A stretch of 59,185 bases of DNA, counting the filler, from Squatina squatina (taxonomy: Eukaryota), in NCBI GenBank assembly GCA_031763465.1. It is 3 parts of 3 records of this genome, joined end to end, with 100 filler letters (N's around TTAATTAATTAA, not from the genome) between each part and the next. Parts side by side here need not be neighbours in the genome. Positions count along the whole stretch, not along the records: positions 24,286 to 45,535 come from JARFOE010000203.1; 2 more parts are not named here. One strand, 5' to 3'. Below are positions 24,286 through 38,826 of this stretch, one piece after another; within the stretch, counting starts at the first letter, position 1; each line of letters starts with the position of its first letter. A program made the position numbers and the translations under genes. Below the pieces are notes generated by a model. The model had not been told where the DNA came from. It worked only from the letters and a program-made list of their open reading frames with translations, and did not search any database.

Positions 24286-27200
24286 TATCAATTTTCACCC
24301 CATCCATTAGCTCTACCATCTCCGCTTCTACTGATATTTTTGTCAGCATCCTCTTAGTAAACACCGATACGAAGTGCTCATTAAGTATTCTAGCCTTGCC
24401 CTGCACCTCTAAGCATATATCACCTTCTTTGTCCCCAAAGGCCCCACCCCGCCTCTTAGTACCCGCTTACTATTTACATCCCGGTGGAAGATTTTTGGGT
24501 TCCCTTCAATGTTAACTCCTATTCTACTCTCATATTCTCTCTTTGCCAGTCTTATTTTCCATGTTGGTGTTTATGCTCCACATAAGCCTTCTCCCACCCT
24601 ACTCCATCTAACGTTATACGTATACCCTTCTATTCCTTTCTCCTTCGTGTGCTATAGCTTCCCCCTTAAATGCACCAATTTGTTGTTCAAAGCTACTAAT
24701 CTGTCAAGGAATCCAACTGCAGAATAATGCTCCCAACTTTGTTAATCATAGACATTGAATAACTTTGTTTATTAAATGATGCCAAGCTATTATGATATAT
24801 TTAAACTATACTCATAATTTAAAAATTGTCAATTAATATCTACCCAAGTACTCTCCGTACTTCTTAATATACAATGAGATTAACAATACTACCGTAGAAG
24901 CGCTCATAAAGTAGTATTACTTTCAGATTTCTTCACCAGCCTTCACCTTTGCAAGAAGTTAACCCATTCATTCAATGTCTGTGTACTGCGGACATCTTGG
25001 TCTGTGTAACTATTCATATACTTTGGACTGAGTAATATAAGATGGTTCGGAGACAAGCCAGAATTTTAGGTTTCTCATAACTCTTAGATGTGAGTTGTAA
25101 ATCTTAAACCATTCTCTCAGGTGTAAATGAAGTACAGAGGTTCAAGGTTGACTTGATAAGCTTTTATTATTTACAGATTTACATAGCCAAATCCTTTCCT
25201 AATTGCTTCCAAAACCACTCGTGACAAATGATTAAAAATTGTACCTTTGCAAAGATCAAATTAAACTGATTTATAAAGCCTCAAAATAGGAGAAATAGGA
25301 ATCTGATGTGTCATATATACATTTTCTGAAATAACTTCAGGATTGCTGCTTTCACTATCACTCTAGTAAAGCTGATTTAATAGCATTTCAGACAAGGATT
25401 GATTTATTATCCAATCAAGCAAAGAGCATACCAATCAGTCTTGTATTTTCACAAAGCTGCCCAACAAATGGAAAGCAATACGTGCATAAATACAAAACAG
25501 AGTAACTCCATTGTCCAAGGATAAATGCTTAAAAGACCAGTTGGTTATCTTGCTACATTAGATTATTAAGAACTATCTGTTTTAGACTTTAATAAATCAT
25601 GCATTATAATAGTCTTAAATGAAGATATCTCTGTCATTACACATCTTTAGTCAGGCTTATTATCAATTTGCATTAGTTCACTAATCTTAAGAATGAATTC
25701 AGAGTATTGCAGGAATAACTATTATTCCGTTAGGAACTTCAGTTTCAAGTTCCCACATGTCTTGTATTTGTACCACAATTTTGGCTTATGATGATACGTA
25801 CAATCTAAGTTGCGACTTTTGTTGCTCCAAGATGTCGGCTTGAGGAGATTTTACATTATTCAGCTGCAAGCGTGTGTCTTGGTTGCATGATTCTACTTGA
25901 GATTCAATTGTGTGAAGCTTGTCTCAAGATAACATACTTGTGACTCGACTCTTCATGGGTTTTTGAGTTTACCTCAATCATTAAGATTCAACCGCCACTC
26001 ACCACTGATTATTATGTGCCAGCATTAAGATAACAGACACAGTCACCGGCACAGAGGTAGTTTTGTGGTCAAAGCTTTTGTTCTCCAATGCCTTTTTTTT
26101 TGAAGATCTGAATTTAAATAGTGCTGAACTGGAGATTCAAGAAATTCCTCAGTTTGGAAATTAGCAGTTGCCACCNNNNNNNNNNNNNNNNNNNNNNNNN
26201 NNNNNNNNNNNNNNNNNNNNNNNNNNNNNNNNNNNNNNNNNNNNNNNNNNNNNNNNNNNNNNNNNNNNNNNNNNNCATTTAAAATGTTTTATTTGAACTG
26301 GTGGTTATAGGGAAATTAGATCAAATGCAGTGTTCCACTGGCACAAGAGAATAGAAAGCTCAGGAGTTAGTTTAGTTTGTGCCCGTACCCGGCCACAGTT
26401 CACAGCAAAATGTTTTTAAACATTCCAGAATAGTCCAACTGAGTTATAAATATGGCATTTGGGAGCTAGCCAAAAGTGCACAGTGACAAGACGCACAGCA
26501 TAAATGAGAGTCCTTAATGGCCCAGCTGTGAAAACCCTTCATTGGCCTTAATGAGACTTTGTTTCTAAATCCATTTAACAAAAATGTCATTAAAGAAAAA
26601 CAAAAAGAATTTTAGCCACAAATTTGTATTCATGGACCAATTAAGAGACGCTTACTGTCTCTTTTCAACCTTAAATGCTTTGTCATTTATTTTGTTAACA
26701 ACAATGTACAGAATATCTACTATACTGCTGGTAAAATACTGGGCTGGACTGCAAATGCTGAATTCAAAGAAGAAAAAGCCACAAATTCTAAAAGCAATTA
26801 AAGAAAAGAAAAATAAGAGGTTTATTGGGCTGTGGTTGCACAGCATCAGGAAAAAATGACCAACTCTGCACCAAATGAAGTCTGGTCAGATTTTGTTTTG
26901 TTGATCTGAGGTAGTTTTGTTCTGTGTCTAAAAATAACAAAATATTATTTTAATAAACTGGGAGGTAAAAACACTGTGACAAAAGTTTTTTTACTTTATA
27001 CAAGAGCAACCCAGGTGTTTTTTTGTTCTTGGTCAATCACACAGTTTATTTAGATTTTCATTACTGTTTTGTTTTAAGAATTTCTTCCCTCCTTCTTTAA
27101 TGTAGTTTAACAATCAACACCCATTCGTAACGTCACATCAATGCTCTGCTTGTAACACTAAATCCCATGTCAACAATTAAGATGCCAATGCCATGAATTC

Positions 27201-30200
27201 AAAAACCTTTAAAAAAGATACGTTTAAAAGATCAGTTAGAAAGACAACAATGTTTTGGCTCAGGATAGCCGCTTCTTTCTATCCCCACCACTCTATCTCG
27301 TGTTCATTTCTGCTGGGAAAAGACTATGGTATCACAATAACCTTGAGATGTGTCTTTCTAGGTTCATTACATCTGATACTCAATTAAGCTTGTGTTTCAA
27401 AGATGTTTTCAGGGACTTGCTAATGATTCTTTCAGCCATTAAAAAGACACGGTGNNNNNNNNNNNNNNNNNNNNNNNNNNNNNNNNNNNNNNNNNNNNNN
27501 NNNNNNNNNNNNNNNNNNNNNNNNNNNNNNNNNNNNNNNNNNNNNNNNNNNNNNATTGGCACTCATTTCTTGTGTCTGAAGTGATTTGCAGAAAGCTCAA
27601 GTGAGGGCCATGGAATGGTGTGTTTGCGCCTCGCCTCTGGGGCCAGCAGGTCGCCTGTGCACTGTCCCAAGTTAGTGCCTCCCGAACTCGCCTCGCCTAA
27701 AAACTTAAAAGAAACCAATTTTCCAACGTTATTGCGCCTCCGACTTTAGGCGTGAACATTTTATGTAGTGCCTCGACCAAAGCGCTACCAAATTTCACCC
27801 CCTAAATGGGAGCTGGGCTCAAAATGCCTCATAGGATGCATCATGAGTACGCCTGCTGGAAGTGTAAGCACCCAGACCAAAATGTGAAAGTGATAAAGTG
27901 AAACACAAACGCACGCACAGGCACGTGTTTTCCAAATGTGGAAATCAAGCAAAGTTGTAGAACAGTAACTATACTATAATATATTGTGTGTTACTGGATA
28001 TAAAACTCCTGGTACACAACAGCATATCCTCTGATTGACTGTGGGCAATGCCACTGCAGGTCTGTTCGAAGATATGAGAATGACAGAATATGGTTGAATG
28101 GTAAAGCCCTGTTGAGTTGTCGATTTTATTTTGGATGGTGAAATGATCCTTTGAAGAATTTACATTTTGGGCAATTGGCTATGTGAAACTATGAACAGGC
28201 AACATGAGCGCATATCCCTATTCATGGAGTGCGTATTGAAAGTGGTCAAATGGCATAACTAATGTCCACTGGAACATACAGTACTAGACTAATTGAATCA
28301 GTATCCTGGCAGTTATCAGGATTTGATATGCTGAAAGGGCAATCATAAGTGTGAAGCAATCAGTTTAATTTTATGATTAAATGGATAATGGCCAGGGGTG
28401 CTGTGTTAAACACTCAGTGCACTGCCTCAGAACTCTATTGTTAGCAGTAGAAGCCAGACAAAATCAGTATTCTTTCAGGGTGGACTTGATCGTTCAGGCT
28501 TTCTTTTAAACTTGCTGCTAACTGACTGTGATTTTTCTGTTTGAAAAAAAGAACGACTGCTGACATGAATGCAAGAGTTGAACCAACTATTACAACCTCT
28601 GTTTTGNNNNNNNNNNNNNNNNNNNNNNNNNNNNNNNNNNNNNNNNNNNNNNNNNNNNNNNNNNNNNNNNNNNNNNNNNNNNNNNNNNNNNNNNNNNNNN
28701 NNNNNNAGAACTAGATGGAGAAAAAACAAACCGCAAAAGATCAGGAAAAAAAGTCCGAGGAAATAATATTTCATTTGGATAACCACAAGAGAAATCAGTA
28801 CTTGTGACAAGGGAGGAATTAGCCACTCTACACCATTGACCTAGAAATCAACACTCACTATACCGATCCTGGATCAGTAATTCAGAAAGATATTAGGAAA
28901 GGGCAGTGTGTCAAAATTGCAGGAAATTATCCTTGCAATTACGAGAACTGCAGTGTTCCAGATGGTAACGTTCAAACATAATCTGCATGTGGCTTGATAA
29001 CCAATAAAGTAACCTTAATAAGAGCATGATCTTAATGTGGCTTAATGCAGTCAAATTTCAAGGATACTGGCTGACAGCCACCTGTTACTCGATTATCGAA
29101 GTAGATGAGAGGGAACTGCACATTGTGCAGATTATTAACCAAGTACTCAAGTTCTGAGAGTATTAATTTATTTTTAAACATAAGCTACGTCTTCAGGTTG
29201 TTTTTGGTTCTGGTTAGAATGTACAGAGGAGATCTAAAAAAGGGAATAAGAGGGGCAAAGAGAGAGTCTGAGAATAGATAAGCACCTAACATAAAATGGG
29301 AACCCAAAAATCTTCAGTAAAAATATAAATAGTAACAGGTTAGTCAATGGAAGAGTAGTACCGATTGGGGATCAACAAGGAAATATCNNNNNNNNNNNNN
29401 NNNNNNNNNNNNNNNNNNNNNNNNNNNNNNNNNNNNNNNNNNNNNNNNNNNNNNNNNNNNNNNNNNNNNNNNNNNNNNNNNNNNNNNGTTTCTGTGCTGT
29501 ACATTCTATGTAATTCTATGGAATTGGGAAACATGATGGAACCTACACAATTCTGCAGTTGTAATGCACTACTAGGTTCCAATCTGTAGTAATGAAGTGT
29601 GAAATGCAGATGGGAAAGCCAAAGTCCCGAGGGAGCTCTACACATGTTTCTACTTGCATCGGTAGAACTCTGCTCTCGCAAAAGATATTCTTCAATATTA
29701 TGAGAAAGTGGGATGGCTACATTCATTTTCTGATAACATTAAGAAAACTCAATACTAAGGTTGGAAAGCTTCCAAGAGATGCAAGACTTTTTAAACCCAG
29801 CTTCAAACCAGAGTCGAGTTACATTCCATCTGGTGCACATCGCAAACGATGCAAGCTGCCCTCCTGGAGAGAGTGGGACACTGCTTGGGGTTTAGTGTAC
29901 GTAGGATCAGGACAAATGAAAAATCAATGACATTCTTGACATTTCATCCAATATGTGCCTCTCTGAAACATGGGATGTTTCTGACCAATCTGTGAAAATC
30001 TGATGAACAGAGAAACACAGCAGGTGACTACACTTCAAAAGTAATTCATTGGCAATGAAGGGCTTTGGCACATCCCAAGGACATGAAAAATGCTATATAA
30101 ATGCAAATTCTTTTGTTTTATTTATTCAGATATTGATATTCGATTCATTTTAGAAGAGGTAATCATATGCTTAGCATTTTATATGAACTTGACTACATCT

Positions 30201-33033
30201 CCATTACCAATTTATCAAACTGCTGAATTAAAATAACGGGCTGCACGCACTTTCCTCTATCCCATCAGTGCTTATCCAGTCACGATACTGTTGCATAACC
30301 TAATCACTGGTTGCACAGAAAACAGCTCTGCAGATATTCTAGAAACTTGTAGAAATGGTCCCCAGAACTGTCAATCATTATACATTAAGTAATAGGTCTT
30401 GTCAGTTCCAAGTACATAAGTAACATGCCCTGTCAATTAGAAGTACACTGTTATGTAACAAGCCTGGTTTTCACACAACTAAAAGAATATTACATATAGA
30501 ATAAAATATGAGTGTGTGGGTGGGTGGGTGGGCAAGGCAGAGATACAAGGCTGCAGCAGACTCAAGGGGTCCTCATGAAGCTTTAAACCATGAGGCTAAT
30601 TTACAANNNNNNNNNNNNNNNNNNNNNNNNNNNNNNNNNNNNNNNNNNNNNNNNNNNNNNNNNNNNNNNNNNNNNNNNNNNNNNNNNNNNNNNNNNNNNN
30701 NNNNNNAATCTAATAACACCCTGAAACAGCACTGCAATGCACCATAAACCAGTCATCCAATGTCGATGAATGTTCTCAGTGTTCAGCAAATAGGTTTTGT
30801 TGCTGTTGGGGGAAATCGTGATCAGAGCTGTTGTGTGACCTGATCCAATTAAATACAAACAGGTTGCAGGTTTCAAATATCTGGACTTAAGTGGCTCACA
30901 CACATTGATCAATGGGACAAATGTTGTCAAATGCAGCAGGAGAAAATTGAATTAAAATTCAAGAAAATTACATTTTATTTTGTCGTGGAGGAATGCAAAT
31001 TTGGGGAAAATACTGACTGGCGTCAATTTTAGTAAATGGAATCTCCTCTGCCAAGGAGAGCAACATCATTTACCAATGTGACAGATGCAGCTGGGGAATG
31101 ATGTGACATCGTCAATGGGAAAACATTAACACAGTTTGAATTTGTTCATTGTGTCCATATTTGAAATGGCAGCTTTGGCGAGAAATGGAAAATTATTTAA
31201 CTTGAACTTTTTTTGAAGTTGGCAGATTTGTTGGTAGTAAAATTGCAATATTAGCAATTCTAAGACAAAAAACCAGTTAAGATATGTAGTGCATGAAGCT
31301 ATGTAAAAAGTTGACTGACAGGAAAGTAATTTAACTTAATTTAAGTTTAACTTAATCTGTTCAGTGGAGCATGTTGTAGTTCTTAAAATATTACTTACAA
31401 TCAGCATGTAAAATTATGCTTTTCTCTATTTTAACTTATTTCTCTTTCACTGCAACAATTTTATAGTGTCTTTTGATTTGATTCATTTAAATGTTATTCA
31501 CAGAAAGCCAAGCACATAATTAATTATACATAGGAAATGTAAAAGGACCCTTCAAGCCTTTGTCATTCTGGAGGCATTTTGTGTGACACCTTCTACAAAA
31601 GGTTACTCGAATAAAGATACAGCATTGCACATTTTGCATAATTTTAGAGAATCTACTCGACTGTGATTTATTTCAAGGCTATTAAATAATAGTTGGAATT
31701 CAAGAATTAAGCTGAAGCCATTTATAAAACACCATTAAAATCCTAAAGAGTGTGCTGCAGCCTTGAACACACTACCAGCCATTATACTTTACAATGTCTT
31801 GAGAGTTACAATTTTTAGAACCATGTTTTAAGTTTGGCAGGTTGGAGGAGGTGGGGAAGAGGGGGGGTTTATTCTTTGAATTTGAGTTTCTTGACAGCTG
31901 TCATCATGGTCTAAATTTCAAATAGCCATATCCCCCCACCGCCCCCCGTCCCCCGCCCAACCCCCCTCCCCCAAAATAAAGATTACAGTAATCAGGTCGA
32001 GGGGTTTTATTAGAAAATAAAATGGGTTCCCTCACACACAAGATTTTTTCGTGTTAAGCTTTCTTTCATGGCAGTGTCAAATTGCTATTTAAGAACACTA
32101 TACATAAGCCGCAGTCAACTATGGCAATTTAGAGTGGAATAAACCTCATTTAATTGCATGCTCGTGTGCGCGTGGCTGTGTGTCATAAAATATTTATGGA
32201 CACTCCATCTTCAATCTAATGTGTGCCTTGGGAGCAAAATATTTTTCAAGTTTTAACAAGGTAATTGTTATGGTAAATCTAAAATGAACAGGATTGGAGT
32301 CGAGGTCCTGTAGCCCTGTAACAAATGTAGTATTATAGCTCAGTCCACTCAAAGAGAGAGGGATAGATACAGTGTGTACCAAGTGCGTAGGTTAGGTAAA
32401 AGTGCTTATTGGTATACTTAATTTGACAGTACGTGCTAACTCAATGAAATTACAGGCTGTGTCCCTCACATAAAACACTGCTCTCGCACATGAGAATCCA
32501 AGTTTCAGATACCTAACTAAAAAGTGCCCCAAGTTGTCCATCATCTACAGAAGAAATCAACTCCCAACTGTTGTACACACGAACCAAAAGTGAAACAACT
32601 GCACTATTTGCTTGGGAAGATGAGTGCATTGCATCCCTCTTTACCTGCACTCGATGATCCCTGGCAAAGTGACAGCAAAACAAGGTGCAACAAATTGTGA
32701 CATTTGTGCTGTTTTAATTTGATGTACAGGTGAAAAAAAATGGAAGCAGTATTTTTCTCCAAACAAGGGTGTAAAAAGGTACCGGCATTTCCTTGTTTCA
32801 TGAAGGAAGCAAAATTAAATGGAAGTGCTAATTTCAAAGTGTGAAGTATAATGTTCAGTTGTGGAACTGCCATTCAATTCAAATGTTTGCTGGTGTGAAA
32901 TGACGTCTGTAAATAGAACAGTGGCTCGGCAGCNNNNNNNNNNNNNNNNNNNNNNNNNNNNNNNNNNNNNNNNNNNNNNNNNNNNNNNNNNNNNNNNNNN
33001 NNNNNNNNNNNNNNNNNNNNNNNNNNNNNNNNN

Positions 33034-33235
33034 GCGTGGAGAAGATCTAGCAAAGCTCAGTGCAGGAAATCACTTTTCTAGTCTAAGCGTTGGATCTGTC
33101 AAGACAGATCTTGACAGATCGCAAGTACCGGATCTGCGGGCATGCACAGTGCAGCCACAGATTCGGCACTTGTGAGGTCCTCCAGGGTGCGTGGGAATGT
33201 TGTTCCTGTCCAGGGGGATCGCAATTTCAGGGCCA
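33034..33235. mobile_element. MITE-like element end with two tandem hairpins
   Basis: Perfect 12-bp stem at 33093-33120, a second imperfect 18-bp stem directly after, and a TIR-like end gcaatttcagggcc. Confidence 0.5.
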
Positions 33236-33744
33236 CGATTATAGATTCCTGCTCTTTCAAAATGTTCAGACTTCCATCTCTTTACTTCAGACTTTTCTTC
33301 TCCTAGACAAATGAGCAAAATGTTATAAACATAACTAATCTCCAATACTTACTCAGCTCTCTGTCAAGGTTCCCTGCACTACTCATTTCATTTCCATGTT
33401 CATTAGAATGAAGATTGATTTAATGCTGGGGAAAGTAATGATTTTCGCATTACAGCTTTTGTAATGTCGTAGCACAGGAGCTCAAATTACCAAACCACAA
33501 AGCCATTTTTAACTTCAGGTATGAGTCAACAGAGGCCAAACTGAAATGGCCAACCTGGAAAACCTTCAACAGTATCTCGATTTTTAATATGCCCAGATTG
33601 GAAAGCATCACAGTGACAACTGAGATTAATTCTGTGTTGATTATCCAATGCACAATATCCAATTTGCTTAATATCTAACTGTTTGCAAGGATCTTTTATG
33701 TTGTCTTATACGATTTGATTTAGTATCATCCTAGACCAATGCAG

Positions 33745-34021
33745 AGTCAGCATGTAACAAGGGTAATATGGTATTCATGGGGGACTTTAATCTACTGGAC
33801 AAGCCAAATTTGCAGTAATAGTGTGGAGGACGAATTCATGAAATGTATCGAAGATCATTTTCAAGATCGATATGTTGAGGGACCAACTCAGGGATGGACT
33901 ACTTTAGATCTAGCATTGTGCAATGAGAAGGGGTTAATTAATATAATAACCTTGTAGTAAAGGGGCCCTTAGGGAAGAGTGACCATAATATCAAATTCTA
34001 TCATATTCAGTTTGATAGTGA
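33745..34021 (+). mobile_element. CR1 ORF2 endonuclease-region fragment
   Basis: EDEFMKCIED.F.DRYVEGPT....LDL.LCNE.GLI, similar to 22823-23184. Confidence 0.75.
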
Positions 34022-34121
34022 NNNNNNNNNNNNNNNNNNNNNNNNNNNNNNNNNNNNNNNNNNNNNNNNNNNNNNNNNNNNNNNNNNNNNNNNNNNNNNN
34101 NNNNNNNNNNNNNNNNNNNNN

Positions 34122-34295
34122 CGGGTCATTATCACATTGCTGTTTGTGGGAGCTTGCAGTGCGCCAATTGGCTGCTGCGTTTCCCACATTACAACAGTGA
34201 CTACACACACCAAAAAAAAAGTACTTCATTGGCTGTAAAGCGCTTTGGGACGTCTGGTGGTTGTGAAAGACCCTATAGAAATGCAAGGCTTTCTT
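34122..34295 (+). mobile_element. Deu-domain SINE 3' part
   Basis: ggtcattatcacattgctgtttgtgggagcttgcagtgcgccaattggctgc...tatagaaatgcaag. Confidence 0.8.
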
Positions 34296-37200
34296 GATTC
34301 AAGTACTTGCTAGTGTCTGATCAGTGACCACTTTCTGGCCACAACCTCTCTTCCCCCCGCCCCGCCACCCACTCAACTAAAACCAAAAGAAAGAGGTATT
34401 GCACAGATGTCAACCAGCATATGCTGCAAGATAGCCACTGCAAGTACTTTCTCTTTGGGAAGAATCCAGAAGGAAAAAGTTATTCCAAGCTTGCTGTGGA
34501 GTTTGAGAAGAGCAATGTGGGTATTTATTGGGCAGTTTGTTTAATGACGCACATTGGACATTTACAAAGATGAGCTGCCCAAACTAGCTACAGATTTAAT
34601 AAATGACGCAAGGGGCTTGCCTTCATAGTACTCACTTTCTTTTGTTCCTCCAATTGTCTCCGGTCCTGAAGGCTGGGTAAAGTCCCGTCAGCAGCTGCTT
34701 CTGAGAGTTCACCCAAGCGGCTATTTTTCACATGTACCGAGCAGATAAGAATGGTCATGAAGAGTGAAGAGATTTGGACGATTTAAAATTGCTTCAGGCT
34801 TGGATAAGAAAGGAGAATTGAATCAAATGAACACATTGATAAATTCAACGGGCAAGGAAGTGGAAGGTTTTTGTGCACTTTCAACTGGCAAAGAATAATG
34901 GGGGAGATTTATGTTATCGTGCAAGATTATTTCAGTTTGCAGAAACTCAATTCTTGAAACAGCTAAATTTAATCAAAGGAAAGAAGAAACCAAATCGTTG
35001 GATGATTTCATAATAACCACATAATAACCTATGGAATGGTGTATGGCAAAATGATGTGAACATTTTGCGGTGGGATGACAAGATGAGAGATTGGTTGAAA
35101 GATTACAGTTGGACACTGAGTGAAACCTTGATAATGTAAGAACTCAAGCGTAACCAAGCCAGATGGAGTGAAGTTATTAAGAGATCACCCAGGTGACAGT
35201 AGTAGGGGGAACAAATAACAGCAGCAGACAAGAAAAACAGAGCAGACAAATTATACACCTAAGCAGGGTTAGAGAGAGGGAATCAGGACCCTGGAGAAAG
35301 CAGAAAACCTGCAGTAAATGTGGGAGATTCTAAGTACATACCAGGCAATTGTCTGTCTAGATAAGCAAAGTGCCCTAAATATCACTGAAAGGGGCGCTTC
35401 CAGCCAGCGCATCAGAGAGAAAGAGCAGATGGTAATGCTTCAAATAAATATAAANNNNNNNNNNNNNNNNNNNNNNNNNNNNNNNNNNNNNNNNNNNNNN
35501 NNNNNNNNNNNNNNNNNNNNNNNNNNNNNNNNNNNNNNNNNNNNNNNNNNNNNNTCCTCCACTGTGTGTTTTATTTTAAGAATGTATCCTTTTAGGAGCC
35601 CTTTTTCCTCAGTTATGCTGGAGCCAATTTAGTATCAGGTTTTCGCATCATTATCACTAAAATCGTGTGAATTTTATCTGGTCATTGGCAATTACTTTTT
35701 TCCTGGTATCGTCTAGTTCTGTGGCCTTGACACATGTACTCCAAAATTTCTAGCCTTATGCCTGTCTGGGTATACATCACGCACCACACCAGCAGAACTT
35801 TGCACACTGTGTGTGCCATATATCCCAGGACATTTTTAGATCCATCCAAACAGTAGAATTGTGTTTTTAGCATCCTGCATACAATACTGCTGCTGGAGTG
35901 CTTAGTTTTGTAACAGTGCTCATTGGGGATTTATTGGAGCCACAGTTCAAGGTCATAGCACTGGGCCCCTCGGACAAGATATTGCTGAGAGTCATCTTTT
36001 TCAAACAACTAAGGCACTAAAGGCTGGCTCAGAGTAAGTGAGCCACAGGTTGATTCCAAAGACTTAACTTTTGCCTGTGAGGTAAGGGTTATGCATCACT
36101 GAACAGCCAAATCCTCTTGTATTTGTTGCAGGCTACCAGATTGGTTGAAGATGCCCGCGTGTCAAAACGGGCACTGTTGAGCACTCCCACCGTTCTGGAA
36201 AATGCAATTATCGGTGTTATGTGACTACCCCTTTCTATGCACATTTTATTAGTGGGTGAACTTGCCAACCTCCAGATCAGAGCTGCGGTCACCTCCTGTA
36301 TGTACGTGGAGAGGGTGCCCTATATTTCCCCTTGTATGTCACCTTCTTCCATACAAAAAGATAATGCTGCCTATCAGCTTCACAAGCTTTGTCGGAATAT
36401 TGTTGGCCTTACTGAGATTGCTGCTGCTAAATTTTAAGATATATGAATTCACTCCCCACTTGGATCTAGATTATGACCAGCCAAGCTCATTACCTTTAAC
36501 ATTGTTGTATTTCATGTTAATTTAATTGAGAGTTTACAGGAGTTTTGTCCTGGCAGTTTCATGGTGTGCGATGCATAAAGAACTGAGCTGTCGCCACAGC
36601 GGAAGTGAGCATCCGAGTGAAGCGTTAGCAAAAAAGTGAAGAGAATTCCCTCATCAGCCTGGGTTGGATTTAAATCCAAGTCCCAGTAATGAAAGGCCAT
36701 TGTCTACCCTGTGTGCGACTCAAATCATTTGAATGATTAGATTACTGAGCGTGCAGTCCTCATTGCTGATGCTTCAAATCTGTATTCAAATCCTCCATCC
36801 CATCACATCCCATTCAGCAATATTCATGAATCTAAAAATGAACAAAATAATTGCCATAGTTTAAATCGCAGCATTTGAAGATGTAAAAAATGCTGAAGAA
36901 CATTTCATTGATTCCTGTTGTCATGGTTCAACAAAGCCATTCATGGTTTATTGCATATGCAAATAGTACACAGAGAAAGGCTGAAAGAGAAAGGAACCAG
37001 GCAGACTGACCCAACGGTCGAGGGCCCAATTTCCTGCCGCCCATCCTCCCCTCTACAGTCACATGACAGTAGTACTGAGAAAAATCCTGCCTCAGGTGTC
37101 TTAAAACAAAACTAACTTTAAAACATTTAAACTTATATTTTAAAAAGGNNNNNNNNNNNNNNNNNNNNNNNNNNNNNNNNNNNNNNNNNNNNNNNNNNNN

Positions 37201-38756
37201 NNNNNNNNNNNNNNNNNNNNNNNNNNNNNNNNNNNNNNNNNNNNNNNNAGTGAATACACCAAGTGTTACAGGTCTCCAGTAAGATATGCTCTTCGCCTCC
37301 GCGGGAAGGCATTTATCATCTTCCCACCGAAATCTTGCCCTCAGCAAATCCGACAAAGACAGCTTCGCGGGGACGGGAGGGCGAGGTTTCAGATGCTCAG
37401 CAGAGAGCCGGGTAACAAGAGGCAAGGCAGCAGGACTCGCGTGGAGTGTGCAATCAGCTATTCAAATCCAGCCAAGGGCCTTGAATCCCCCCCAAATTAA
37501 ACCCGGCTAAGTGCATCGGTCTGAATGCGGGAGGGAGTCTTCAAAAATCTTAATCGGGACTAAATATTAAATCAGATAGTCAGTAACTCATTTTAGCACA
37601 AAATAATCCCCGTGGTAGTGTCGGGAGCAGTTCAGAGGACCGAGAGACAAGGAGTTCAACATTCCCCGCAATGCAACGGAATTGAATATCAAACACCCTC
37701 TGTGCGGCTGAGTCCAGGCACTGCCCGGTTGTCTGTGCTCATCCCGAACTTTTAGGGGATTCCAAACTGTCAGATAAGAAATTTGCATAAAATCTATAAC
37801 TTCCAGCCAGTGTATCTCGGGATTAATTGCCCAGTGCTGTTGGAATGGCCGTGCTGCCGATCTGGGAAAGGGTTAAACCAGCCATCCTCTCCGATGAATA
37901 GAAAACTACGTGAAGATGGATCTAAGTAGGGCAATGAGAGGATGGAGGAGGTTTAGAGCAAGCGCGACCTTACTCGTACCTGGTCTGGCACTGAATCTAA
38001 CTATCCAGGAGGAACTAGCGTGGGATGATCCAAGGCGGCCGGAGATGGGGATTAAGAAGTTCTACCAAGCAGTTGTCCAAAAAGAAGCAATGAGGGGCAT
38101 CCGACCAGCCATCATTGCTGGGCGGGCACACGCCAGTTGCCCTTCAGTTCGGAGAGCTCCATTCACCAAATGGCTGCATTTCCCTCCTCCCCACCATTCA
38201 ACCCCAACCCAATCTTCACCTCTTAAATGTGAAGCAAATAAAGTTCAACCATCCGACAGGAACACCTTTATAAATGTAGCTTGGGGCGGGTGGAGGGGTT
38301 GTCACATTCTCACCTGAAAGTAATTCTGAGTGCATCTGATCAAACCCGACAATTCATTTAAGAACTAGCAACTAGCATTGCAATGGAGAAATCCCCCGTC
38401 TTGAAAAATCAGGCTGTGTGTGTGTGTTTTTTTTGCTTTCTGTGCACGGGATGAAAAGAATTCCCACTTTATTAACCTTATTTACAGACTGCAGTCCAGA
38501 ATAGTTTTCTGGACACAGAGAGAGAGAAAAAATTGCAGCGTTGCTANNNNNNNNNNTCCTTCTCAAGATTACTGGGCATATTGATGATATTAATAGCCTC
38601 AAATGGACATTTCTGTAAAAAAGAACAGGAAAAAAAAAAATTATTTCTCTCCATTAAAGAATTTTTATGTTATTTTTTTTCTTAAAAAATGCAAGCCTCT
38701 ATTAATAGATAATAGCAGAAATAATATTAAAGGGCGAAGAGCGACTCCGAACTTAC

Positions 38757-38826
38757 CGCCGGCTGCAGCGATCCATCCCAGACAGCAGAACAGAATCCGG
38801 CTCAGATTGACTTCCACCTTCATCAT
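38757..38826 (-). CDS. Candidate first coding exon (signal peptide) of an unidentified secreted or membrane protein
   Basis: 70 nt reading MMKVEVNLSRILFCCLGWIAAAG plus 1 nt, then a consensus gtaagt donor. Lies in a CpG-enriched region with a GA-repeat upstream. No downstream exon identified. Confidence 0.55.

Noticed and set aside
36132-36225. Possible plus-strand exon after ttgcag (ATRLVEDARVSKRALLSTPTVLENAIIGVM*)
   Set aside because: No recognisable homology and no partner exon.
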